From an uncultured Candidatus Saccharibacteria bacterium (GTDB lineage Bacteria; Patescibacteriota; Minisyncoccia; 2-02-FULL-40-12; IGHO2-01-FULL-4-A), in NCBI GenBank assembly GCA_964364345.1, contig CAYILQ010000002.1:1-36209 (forward strand): a stretch of 36,209 nt of DNA. The letters are read 5' to 3'. The notes beneath the pieces were generated by a model, which did not search any database, was not told the DNA's origin, and was given only the letters and a program-made list of their open reading frames with translations. Below are positions 22,430 through 32,241 of this stretch, piece by piece; within the stretch, counting starts at the first letter, position 1; each line of letters begins with the position of its first letter. The translations under genes and the position numbers were made by a program.

Positions 22430-22535
22430 TTATGAAGTCAGGAGGTCAATTTCAAGTTTTTCTTTGGCGGCAATTAAAATTCTTTGGTAACTTTCACTGA
22501 CCCAATCGGGCGGGAGGCAAGCGAGCCGAAATAAC

Positions 22536-22620
22536 TGGTGCCGATGGAGGGAGTTGAACCCTCAAGCCTTGCGGCACACGCTCCTGAAGCGTGCGTGTTT
22601 GCCAATTTCACCACATCGGC
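22536..22620 (-). tRNA. tRNA-Leu (anticodon CAG), CCA encoded
   Basis: Hand-folded cloverleaf: acceptor GCCGATG/CATCGGC, anticodon stem CACGC/GCGTG with loop TTCAGGA, long variable arm, T arm GAGGG-TTCAACT-CCCTC, then A-CCA. Its 5' end is 1 nt from the pgi stop. Confidence 0.9.
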
Positions 22621-22621
22621 C

Positions 22622-23707
22622 TTAAGACCGCGATTTCTTAAAGGTTTCTATGGCGGATGCGTCAAGAGGATCAACCCCTAAATGGCGAGCTAAATCAAAG
22701 GAAGTCGAGACCGCCAGGTTGTAGTTGCCAAGAATTTTTTCAAGTCTGCCGCCGCCCGTCAGTTTGATGACTTCGTGATCAATACCCATAGCCGCCAGAA
22801 ACGAGGCGAACTTTTCCAGTATGTCTTTGTCGGCTTTGTCTTCGTCAGGGTCGGCTAGGATTATCGGAAAAGGTTTAAGTGTTCCAACGGCATTGCCAAT
22901 GAACTGCCGACCTTGCTCGCCCTCGTGCCGAAATTGAGCTTGCCTTTGGCACGAAGGGACGGAAGGACAAAAGGGACTTGCTGGCAAAGCCAAGTTCAAT
23001 TTCGGCAGCGGGACGGTCAATGTCGGCGCCGGGACGCTCGGCGCCGGGACGGCGAAGCCGGCCAATTCATTGTGGGCCGCTTCGGGAAAGTAGTTTGAGA
23101 ACGAATGAATCTTGCAATCCTCATTAAAATTAGTCTTCCAGAACTTGGCCAGATAACGCCATTGGTAGGACGAGTAAATCAGAGGTGTTTTGAAACCGAT
23201 CCGACTGGAGAACCTAGGGCCAACAACAGGTTTGGTCTGGATATTGGTTGGCAGCTTGAAATCAATGATAGCAGAATTGTTAAGCAGTGTCAACAAAGAG
23301 GCCAGCATATAGCCAACTCCGAGTCTTGGTGGTACTGGATCGTCAGGTAGTTTGATTAAAAGTGCGTCATGTTCTCGGGCAGTCTTGGCCAACTCACCAC
23401 CCTTAGTTATAGCTGCTGTGGGGATTCCCAATTCTTGGGCCGCCTTAAAAGATGAAATTGTCTCTTCGGTATTGCCCGACCAGGAAGTGCAAATGATCAG
23501 GTGCTCACGACCGGCCCAATGGGGGAGACCAAAACCCCGCTGGATGTAACAATTGAAGCCGTCAAGCCAGAGCGTTGAGATTATCTCTCCCGGAATCGCC
23601 GAACCGCCCAGGCCGCAGAAAATTACCCGGCTAAAATCACCGGAAACCTTGACATTTTTGGCCGCTTTAGCCCCTTCGGCTAGCTGCCTGGGAAAGTTAA
23701 TGGTCAT
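22622..23707 (-). CDS. Bifunctional phosphoglucose/phosphomannose isomerase (SIS domain) with a ~57-aa insertion
   Basis: 361 aa. SIS motifs (FCGLGGSAIPG, ICTSWSGNTEET) and PEAAHNE in the C-terminal half. A proline-rich low-complexity block (aa ~219-275) interrupts it. Confidence 0.8.
   Translation of the reverse strand: MTINFPRQLAEGAKAAKNVKVSGDFSRVIFCGLGGSAIPGEIISTLWLDGFNCYIQRGFGLPHWAGREHLIICTSWSGNTEETISSFKAAQELGIPTAAITKGGELAKTAREHDALLIKLPDDPVPPRLGVGYMLASLLTLLNNSAIIDFKLPTNIQTKPVVGPRFSSRIGFKTPLIYSSYQWRYLAKFWKTNFNEDCKIHSFSNYFPEAAHNELAGFAVPAPSVPAPTLTVPLPKLNLALPASPFCPSVPSCQRQAQFRHEGEQGRQFIGNAVGTLKPFPIILADPDEDKADKDILEKFASFLAAMGIDHEVIKLTGGGRLEKILGNYNLAVSTSFDLARHLGVDPLDASAIETFKKSRS
22904..23062. 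repeat. GC-rich palindromic element (same family as 2355-2579) translated in frame inside pgi
   Basis: Arms 22925-22942 / 22991-23008 pair at 16/18. TCGGC(A/G)(G/C)CGGGACG occurs three times (23002, 23023, 23038). Shares an 11/11 and a 20/22 core with the fusA element in the same plus-strand orientation, although the host gene is on the minus strand. Confidence 0.65.
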
Positions 23708-23754
23708 TGGGTCGTTGGAAATTGATTGGAAATTGAAAATTAAAAATTGAAAAA

Positions 23755-25632
23755 TTACTTTCTGAACGTTCTCTTTGTCTCAATAAACCACTTGTGTATG
23801 GTGTCAAAGCGGTCAGACGGCACGGCGATGATCTTGGCGCCGTTGGCTTTTATCTTTGTCGGTTGAGCGTAAAGATAATCGGGGCTGTAAAGAAATACCA
23901 CCGGCGCGTCGCTTACAACGATTCTTTGAAAATCGGCGTATTTAGCCAAGCGAGTAGGCCGATCCAGAGTTTGCCGAGTCTCCTCCAAAATTTTGTCGGC
24001 GTCCTTGTTGTCATAAAGGGCCAAATTCAGACCGGGGTCTTTCTTTTGGGACGAGTGCCAAAAGCTGAAAGGGTCGGGATCAAGACCCAGCACCTCGCCA
24101 AAAAGCAAGGCCTCATACTCGCGATCTTTAATGGCTTGCTGAAGTTCCGGCAAGGCCAGAGGCTCAACAAATACTTTGACGCCGACCGCTTGCCATTGGG
24201 TTTTTAATTGGTTGGCGACCGAGACCAGTTCGGGCCAGTTAGAGGTGGTAATCCGAATTTCAAGTTTGGTCGGCCCCGGCGGCGGCGCTTGAGTTTTAGA
24301 GACAGCGCTCTTTTTAGCCGGCCCCGGCGGCGCTTTTTCCCTGACTCTTTCTTGGTTCTGCGTTTCCGCGGCGTATTTCCAACCGTTGTCTTCAAGAATA
24401 CGATTGGCTTTTTCGAGGTTGAACTCGTACCTAACTGAAGGATTGGCTACATCAATTATACCCGGCAGCATCGGCGAGTCAACGGCCGAACCGCTGCCGC
24501 CGAGAATTTTATCAAGGATTGCTTTTTTATCGGTGGCGTAGTTAAGAGCCAGACGGACGTTTTTGTCGGACAAGGATTTGCTGCGGTTTTGATTGAAAAA
24601 TACGGCAAAATAACGCGGCAGTCTCAAGTCTTTGATATTCAATTTGCCCAAGAACCGGACCGAGTTTTTCTTTTGAGGCGAGATAAAGCTAAAGCCGTCA
24701 ATCTCGTTTTGATTGAAAGCGCCGACCATCTTGTCTTCAGAGGAATAAAATTGAAAAGTTATCTTTGAAATATAGGGTTTGCCCTCATGGTAGTTTTCAA
24801 AAGTTCTGAACTCCATCGCTGAAACATTGCCCTCCACGCCCCGCCTGATCTTGTAAAACTTATACGGCCCAGCCCCTATTGGTTTAATGTTTAACTCGGA
24901 AAGGCCGAAGCTGGCCGGCTTGATGTTTTCCCAAAGATGTTTGGGCAAAATGCCCAGGGTGGCGTTGCTTAAGAATTGAGCGTATTTGTTTTTGAGCTTG
25001 AAACTGACGGTTTGATCGTTGACTTGGTCAACTTCAACTCCCTGCCAGTTAATTCGCTGGAAACTGCCGTAGTCGGAGTTCTGGGCGGTAAGGATCGTAA
25101 AAACAACGTCAGCGGCCGTCAGCGGCCGGCCGTCATGCCATTTGAGTCCGTCGCCCAATTTGAAAATGTAGGTTAGACCGTCGCTGGAAATTTCGTAGGA
25201 TTGGGCCAAGTCATTGGTTAGGCGGCCATCCGAGTCGAACTTCATCAAGCCGGCATAAACGATCTTGGAAAGATCGCGATCAACGTCGCTGGTTTGGGCC
25301 AGGAGGGGATTGATGGTCTTGGGCGCGCCCACCATGCCCTCAACGAATGATCCCCCGAAATCGGGCCCGGGAATCGTGAAATGGAAATAAGCGCCGACGG
25401 GAATGGTTGTCAAAGCGACTAAAGCCGCCGCCGCCAGCGCCAAAATCAAATAGCGTTCCCGAACTGATAAAAGTTTGGGCAGGTGGCGCAATTGATCTTT
25501 GGTCGGTAAAAACCTCGCCAACCAAGCTCTAATCTCCAACTTCACCTTTCGCCGCAACTGTCGTTTGCGCTTGGGCGCTGCTTTCCTGGCTGGCATGAAA
25601 AAATTATCTAGTTGGTTGGGATCGTAATTCAA
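23755..25632 (-). CDS. ABC transporter substrate-binding protein, family 5 (peptide/nickel, OppA/DppA-like), membrane-anchored
   Basis: 625 aa. Basic N-terminus plus a TM anchor, then the family-5 SBP pattern (KWHDG.PLTA.DV.F, NP.Y, LEPDPF-type segments). Confidence 0.85.
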   Translation of the reverse strand: MNYDPNQLDNFFMPARKAAPKRKRQLRRKVKLEIRAWLARFLPTKDQLRHLPKLLSVRERYLILALAAAALVALTTIPVGAYFHFTIPGPDFGGSFVEGMVGAPKTINPLLAQTSDVDRDLSKIVYAGLMKFDSDGRLTNDLAQSYEISSDGLTYIFKLGDGLKWHDGRPLTAADVVFTILTAQNSDYGSFQRINWQGVEVDQVNDQTVSFKLKNKYAQFLSNATLGILPKHLWENIKPASFGLSELNIKPIGAGPYKFYKIRRGVEGNVSAMEFRTFENYHEGKPYISKITFQFYSSEDKMVGAFNQNEIDGFSFISPQKKNSVRFLGKLNIKDLRLPRYFAVFFNQNRSKSLSDKNVRLALNYATDKKAILDKILGGSGSAVDSPMLPGIIDVANPSVRYEFNLEKANRILEDNGWKYAAETQNQERVREKAPPGPAKKSAVSKTQAPPPGPTKLEIRITTSNWPELVSVANQLKTQWQAVGVKVFVEPLALPELQQAIKDREYEALLFGEVLGLDPDPFSFWHSSQKKDPGLNLALYDNKDADKILEETRQTLDRPTRLAKYADFQRIVVSDAPVVFLYSPDYLYAQPTKIKANGAKIIAVPSDRFDTIHKWFIETKRTFRK

Positions 25633-25886
25633 AATAAAATTCTTGCCAACGAAATTCCGAAAAACAGAATGGCGATTGCAATCGTGGCAATGAAAATAAA
25701 CTTTTCGGCGCCGCGGCGGGTGGCGTAAGCGCTGCTCTCGCCGCCAAAAATACCCGAAAGCCCCGAACCCCGCTGCTGGATAAGAATGGCGGCGATCAAA
25801 AACACGGCTAAAATTGTTTGAATTATAGTCAAAATTAAAACCTTGACGACAAGATATTGACGGCAGTAAGAATAACGGTTGCCCAA
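25629..25886 (-). CDS. secG: Preprotein translocase subunit SecG
   Basis: LTIIQTILAVFLIAAILIQQRGSGLSGIFGG is the SecG signature. TTG 25886 overlaps the upstream gene by 52 nt. An in-frame TTG at 25832 (67 aa) sits just after the upstream stop and is a plausible true start. Confidence 0.8.
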   Translation of the reverse strand: MGNRYSYCRQYLVVKVLILTIIQTILAVFLIAAILIQQRGSGLSGIFGGESSAYATRRGAEKFIFIATIAIAILFFGISLARILF

Positions 25887-26167
25887 AGAAGGGCCCCTAG
25901 ATTATCAATCACAATATAGCCGGTAAACTGACTGGCCAGCCACAAAATCAGAGCATTGATAACTAAACCGAAGAGGCCCAAAGACAGGATAAGCAGAGGC
26001 AAGGTTACTAACTTCAAGACTGGTTTAACCAAAAGATTCAGCAGGACCAAAACAATGCCGGCAATCACGTAGCCCTTCCAACCGCCGTTGACGGCAAAAC
26101 CCGCTGCCAGATTATTGGCCAGCCAGAGGCCTAGGAGATTTAATAAAAACCTTAGAATAAGACGCAT
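25835..26167 (-). CDS. Phage-holin-family (4-TM, YvlD-like) membrane protein
   Basis: 110 aa, four hydrophobic helices. Starts LLNLLGLWLA... with VKPVLKLVTLPL..LSLGLFGLVINALILWLAS, typical of holin superfamily IV proteins. Confidence 0.75.
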   Translation of the reverse strand: MRLILRFLLNLLGLWLANNLAAGFAVNGGWKGYVIAGIVLVLLNLLVKPVLKLVTLPLLILSLGLFGLVINALILWLASQFTGYIVIDNLGALLWATVILTAVNILSSRF

Positions 26168-26199
26168 TTTGCTTGACTTTTAGAATTATAGCAGAAGTT

Positions 26200-27477
26200 C
26201 TAAGGCGCCACAACCAGTCTGTGGATTTTTCGATAGTAACTAATGGCGAAGCGATGGGCTTCGCCATCAATTTGAAGAATCAGATTTTTGACGCCCTCGG
26301 GCAATCGCTTAAGGGGCAGCGGCTTTTTCTTGGCGTTGCTATAAATGTGCTTGCCCAGGTGGCGCTCGTCTTTGGTGAGACTGATAACCGGGATTCTCAA
26401 ACGCCTGGCGCTAAGAACCAACCGAGCGGCGTTGATTTGTCCCTTGCCGCCATCAATCAAAATCAGGTCAGGATATTGCCATTCGAGATGGTTGAGACGT
26501 CGCCCCAAGACTTCTTTTAACATCAAAGTATCATTAGCCTCGCCGCTGACTTTTATTTTAAACTTTCGGTACTCGTTTCGGTCGGGGTTGCCGTCCGCGA
26601 AAACTACCATCGCCCCGGCGGCAAATTCACCCTGGATGTTTGAAATATCATAACCCTCAATCCGTTCCGGCGGCCCGTACAGCCCCAGCGCTCGGGCCAT
26701 TTGAGCCAGGACATCGGTTTTCTTCGAAATTTCCTTGATGATTCTAGCGTTTTCAAAAACGTTCCTTAATTTTTCGGCTTTGTCGCGCAGGCCGATGGCC
26801 GTCTCAAAATCTCCCTCGTTGGCGGCCAGTTTCATATCCTTTTCCATTTGTGACGCCAGAACTCGGCGATTACCGGCTAAGAGCTCCTTGATTGCCTTGA
26901 TATTTTCTTTGTATTCCTGATCCTGTTCGTCGGTGATGGTGGGATTTTTCAAACAACAAAAACCCGGACAATTGCCGAGGTGATAATTCAAACAGTAATT
27001 ATGGTGGGGCCGCCGGCAAGTGCAGTAAGGGAATATCCGGCGGAGGATTTTCAGGGTGGCCCGCAAGGCAGAGCTGTCCACAAACGGTCCGAAAACCTGA
27101 CTTGCCGATTCCTGGATTAGCTGATCGATCTGGTGGGTGGTGTGAATTCTGGGGAAGGCGTCATCGGTTATAACCACATACGAGTAACGTTTGTCATCAC
27201 GAAGGGCGATATTGTACGCTGGCTGATTTTCTTTGATCATTTCGGCTTCAGTCAAAAAGGCCTCGATTTCCGATTCGGTCTCTTGCCAGTTAACACTAGC
27301 TGCCTCTTGGAGCATTTTGTTGATTCGCGGGTCTTTCTGTTGTTTGCCGAAGTACGAGCCTAAGCGGCTTTTAAGATTCGTCGCCTTGCCAATGTAAAGT
27401 ATTCTCCCCTTGGCGTCCTTAAAAAAATACACCCCCGGGCTTTGGGGAATTTTTTTGGGTCTGGTCGCGATCATCAT
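26200..27477 (-). CDS. uvrC: Excinuclease ABC subunit C, short form
   Basis: GIY-YIG (GVYFFKD..ILYIGKATNLKSRL), Cys-rich segment, UVR motif and the RNase-H-like endonuclease domain (IEGYDISNIQG, DGGKGQ, EAHRFAI). Ends at 425 aa with no (HhH)2 tail. Confidence 0.85.
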   Translation of the reverse strand: MMIATRPKKIPQSPGVYFFKDAKGRILYIGKATNLKSRLGSYFGKQQKDPRINKMLQEAASVNWQETESEIEAFLTEAEMIKENQPAYNIALRDDKRYSYVVITDDAFPRIHTTHQIDQLIQESASQVFGPFVDSSALRATLKILRRIFPYCTCRRPHHNYCLNYHLGNCPGFCCLKNPTITDEQDQEYKENIKAIKELLAGNRRVLASQMEKDMKLAANEGDFETAIGLRDKAEKLRNVFENARIIKEISKKTDVLAQMARALGLYGPPERIEGYDISNIQGEFAAGAMVVFADGNPDRNEYRKFKIKVSGEANDTLMLKEVLGRRLNHLEWQYPDLILIDGGKGQINAARLVLSARRLRIPVISLTKDERHLGKHIYSNAKKKPLPLKRLPEGVKNLILQIDGEAHRFAISYYRKIHRLVVAP

Positions 27478-27528
27478 TGTTACGCTACCACATTTGATGT
27501 ATTAGTAAATTGAGACCATCTCATATAT

Positions 27529-28563
27529 ATGCGAGATAACGTTTTGGCAACTTTGGCCTATTATGATGTTTTGGACTTTCCGCTCAAAGCCGAGGAGGTT
27601 TTGAAGTGCCTGATTAGACTTGATCCAAGATCACTATCATTTTACCACGCCCGCCAAAATTTTTGGCCTAGCGCCTCTGGCGCGGATCATGAAAACGGAT
27701 CCAAAAACTTAGGCGGGCACGATCGTGGTAATTTGATAGTGACCATTGCTGATATTAAAAAAATTCTTGACCAGTTGATCCTGGAAAAATTGGCCGATTT
27801 TAATCAGGGTTACTATTTCTTACCTGGTCGCGATTACCTCGCACCTCTGCGGCTTAAACGTGAAAAAATTTCCCGAAAAAAATGGGCCAAAGCCCGGCAA
27901 GCCATCTGGTGGCTGAAGTTTATTCCTTACGTTGAAGCGGTTTTTGCTTCGGGCTCACTAGCCCTCAACAATTGCGACGAGTTAAGCGACCTGGACGTTT
28001 TGGTGGTTACCAAACATGGCCGGATTTGGCTGACCAGGTTTTGGATTACCGCCTGGCTTTCCGTCATCGGTGCCCGCCGTAAGCCGTTTGACAAAATCGC
28101 CCCCGACAAAATCTGCCTCAACCACTATATCACCGATAAGTCGCTGCGAATTCCTTTTGAAAGCATGTACAACGCCCAGAATTATGTCAATCTAAAGCCG
28201 GTGTTGATCAGAAATTGGAAGATCGTTGAAAAATTTAGGGAGGAGAATAATTGGATTAGTAAGTTCGTGATTGGAGATTGGGCGATTAGCAATGATCCGG
28301 AAAAACTTATCAGAATCAACCGACTGGCGAGACTGGTTTCCGGGATTGGCAAAACGACCCTCAATACAAAATTGGGGGATTGGTTGGAAAAAATTGCCAG
28401 AAGATATCAAATAAAACGGATCGAAGCTAACCCTTTGACCAAAAGTCCAACCGGCCATGTCGTTTACTCTGACGAACAACTGGCCTTTCACCCTGATTCC
28501 CCGGAGTCTTCGGTCTTGGAAAGATTTGATCAGAAGCTTGCCGAATTGAAAATAGTTGTCTGA
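27529..28563 (+). CDS. Hypothetical protein with a polymerase-beta-type nucleotidyltransferase motif
   Basis: 344 aa. ASGSLALNNCDELSDLDVLVV (GS-x-SDxD). The N-terminal region is interrupted by a translated repeat element. Confidence 0.65.
   Translation: MRDNVLATLAYYDVLDFPLKAEEVLKCLIRLDPRSLSFYHARQNFWPSASGADHENGSKNLGGHDRGNLIVTIADIKKILDQLILEKLADFNQGYYFLPGRDYLAPLRLKREKISRKKWAKARQAIWWLKFIPYVEAVFASGSLALNNCDELSDLDVLVVTKHGRIWLTRFWITAWLSVIGARRKPFDKIAPDKICLNHYITDKSLRIPFESMYNAQNYVNLKPVLIRNWKIVEKFREENNWISKFVIGDWAISNDPEKLIRINRLARLVSGIGKTTLNTKLGDWLEKIARRYQIKRIEANPLTKSPTGHVVYSDEQLAFHPDSPESSVLERFDQKLAELKIVV
27632..27741. repeat. Composite element: 38-bp palindrome (copy 2) split by a 68-bp inner palindrome
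   Basis: The outer halves are CACTATCATTTTACCACG (27632-27649) and CACGATCGTGGTAATTTGATAGTG (27718-27741). The inner CCCGCCAAAATTTTTGG...CCAAAAACTTAGGCGGG (27650-27717) is flanked by a direct CACG duplication. Confidence 0.8.
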
Positions 28564-28567
28564 AGGG

Positions 28568-28595
28568 TTGACAATGTTTTTGGCTTAGCTAATAT
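28568..28595 (+). promoter_or_regulatory. Sigma70-like promoter of groES-groEL, TTGACA-16-TAATAT
   Basis: -35 at 28568-28573 and -10 at 28590-28595. Confidence 0.6.
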
Positions 28596-28602
28596 ATGAC
28601 TA

Positions 28603-28629
28603 TTGGCACTCTGGGGTTGGGAATGCCAA
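28603..28629 (+). promoter_or_regulatory. CIRCE-like inverted repeat (putative HrcA operator)
   Basis: TTGGCACTC-N9-GAATGCCAA compared with the CIRCE consensus TTAGCACTC-N9-GAGTGCTAA. Positioned just after the -10, upstream of groES. Confidence 0.7.
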
Positions 28630-28713
28630 TAACATAATGCCAATACGCGAATTGATCCGAATATCACGAATTATTCGGAGTATTCGGATAAATTCGTAGT
28701 TTGGGACTATTTT

Positions 28714-30895
<2,182 letters not shown>

Positions 30896-30909
<14 letters not shown>

Positions 30910-31102
30910 AAGTCGGTGGGTATTTTCTTATGGCTTTCTGATAGGCCTGTTTTATTTGTTTTGGGTTAGAGTAACCATTCAAATCTTCTTGGGGGAGCAG
31001 AAGTTTGATTTCCTCTCTTAATAAACGAAGTTCTTCCAAAATTGACTTCAGGACTTTAGAGAAAGTTACTTCTTTTGTGGTTGCTTGCAGTGATTGGGTC
31101 AT
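30896..31102 (-). CDS. Putative cognate antitoxin (68 aa)
   Basis: Small gene overlapping the toxin start with the promoter immediately upstream. No family recognised. Confidence 0.55.
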
Positions 31103-31111
31103 GTTAACAAC

Positions 31112-31140
31112 ACTGTAGCAAAAATTACTTTTAGAAGCAA
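31112..31140 (-). promoter_or_regulatory. Promoter of the antitoxin-toxin operon, TTGCTT-17-TACAGT
   Basis: On the minus strand, -35 at 31135-31140 and -10 at 31112-31117, 9 nt before the ATG. The palindrome CCCTGT-CAGT-ACAGGG (31150-31165) just upstream is a possible operator. Confidence 0.5.
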
Positions 31141-31195
31141 GGTGATGTACCCTGTCAGTACAGGGCCTGCACTCATACGTTCTTTTTATACTTTA

Positions 31196-31230
31196 CCCCG
31201 CGACGCAAGCGTCGAGGGGCTTCTTTTTTT
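31196..31230 (+). terminator. Orphan plus-strand intrinsic terminator
   Basis: The stem CCCCGCGACGC-AA-GCGTCGAGGGG has one mismatch and is followed by CTTCTTTTTTT. No plus-strand gene lies upstream. Confidence 0.65.
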
Positions 31231-31281
31231 CAGCGTCCTTACCTCTGGTCTTGTTATTTCCAATCTGCTATCATTAAACTC

Positions 31282-31545
31282 ATGGGAAAATCGAACGGTA
31301 AAATAACACTCGAGAAGTTAGCAGCGGCTGTGGCCGGGGGTTTTGAGCATGTGGATAAGAGATTTGACCAGGTCGATGCAAAGTTTGAACACCTTGGGGA
31401 TCGTCTGGACGCGATAGAGAACAAAGTCGAGGAACTCCAGTTTCACCTCCTTGAACTTCAGGGTGGGGGCGTGGCCGCCGAAAAAGAAATACGTTTGCTA
31501 AGAAAAAGAATCGCTTTGCTTGAGAAGCGAGTCATATATAAATGA
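31282..31545 (+). CDS. Hypothetical coiled-coil protein (87 aa)
   Basis: Heptad-like helical sequence (FDQVDAKFEHLGDRLDAIENKVEELQ...LLRKRIALLEKR). Immediately upstream of lemA. Confidence 0.6.
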   Translation: MGKSNGKITLEKLAAAVAGGFEHVDKRFDQVDAKFEHLGDRLDAIENKVEELQFHLLELQGGGVAAEKEIRLLRKRIALLEKRVIYK

Positions 31546-31548
31546 TTC

Positions 31549-32103
31549 ATGTCAAATTCTTTAATTTTCACAATCGCAGCTGCAATTGCTATCCTCTGGT
31601 TGATTGGGGTTTTTAATTCTTTGGTCAGGGCGAGAAATCGGGTCAAGGAGGCCTGGTCGGATATAGACGTCCAACTCAAGCGACGGTATGATTTGATTCC
31701 GAATCTGATGGAAACGGTCAAGGGTTATGCCGCTCATGAGAAGGGGACTTTTGAAAAAGTGATCCAAGCTCGAGCGGCAGCCATGAGTGCCCAAACTGTG
31801 GCCGAGCACGGCCAAGCCGAAAATATGTTGACTGGCGCTCTCAAGAGTTTGTTTGCTCTGGCCGAAGCCTATCCGACCCTGCGAGCTTCGGAAAATTTTG
31901 CCAAGCTCCAGGATGAACTCGCCGACACTGAAAACAAAATCCAGGCCGCCCGACGATTCTTCAATACTAATGTTTTGGAGCTCAACAACAAAGTTGAGCA
32001 GTTTCCGACCAATATCTTTGCCTCAATGTTCAGCTTTAAGAAAGAGACCTTCTTCGAATTAGTCTCGCTAGTTGAACGTGAGCCGGTCAAGGTGAGTTTT
32101 TAG
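31549..32103 (+). CDS. lemA: LemA family protein
   Basis: 184 aa. N-terminal TM then [35 protein letters not shown], the canonical LemA sequence. Confidence 0.9.
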   Translation: MSNSLIFTIAAAIAILWLIGVFNSLVRARNRVKEAWSDIDVQLKRRYDLIPNLMETVKGYAAHEKGTFEKVIQARAAAMSAQTVAEHGQAENMLTGALKSLFALAEAYPTLRASENFAKLQDELADTENKIQAARRFFNTNVLELNNKVEQFPTNIFASMFSFKKETFFELVSLVEREPVKVSF

Positions 32104-32241
32104 GAGGGAATTGGCAGCATTATCTTTTCAGGACGTCAATTTCCCCAGCGAGGAAATTGGCTCCCTCATTTCTGTGGATTTTGCTCGCAGTGTGCTGCCG
32201 CACTGCATTATACTGCTCGCAAACCATGCAATCACACAGAA

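Noticed and set aside
23708-23754. AT-rich tandem CAATTTCCAA(T/C) x2 between the SBP gene and pgi as a regulatory repeat
   Set aside because: There are only two short copies in a 47-nt AT-rich spacer. They cannot be distinguished from ordinary promoter/UP-element sequence without more data.
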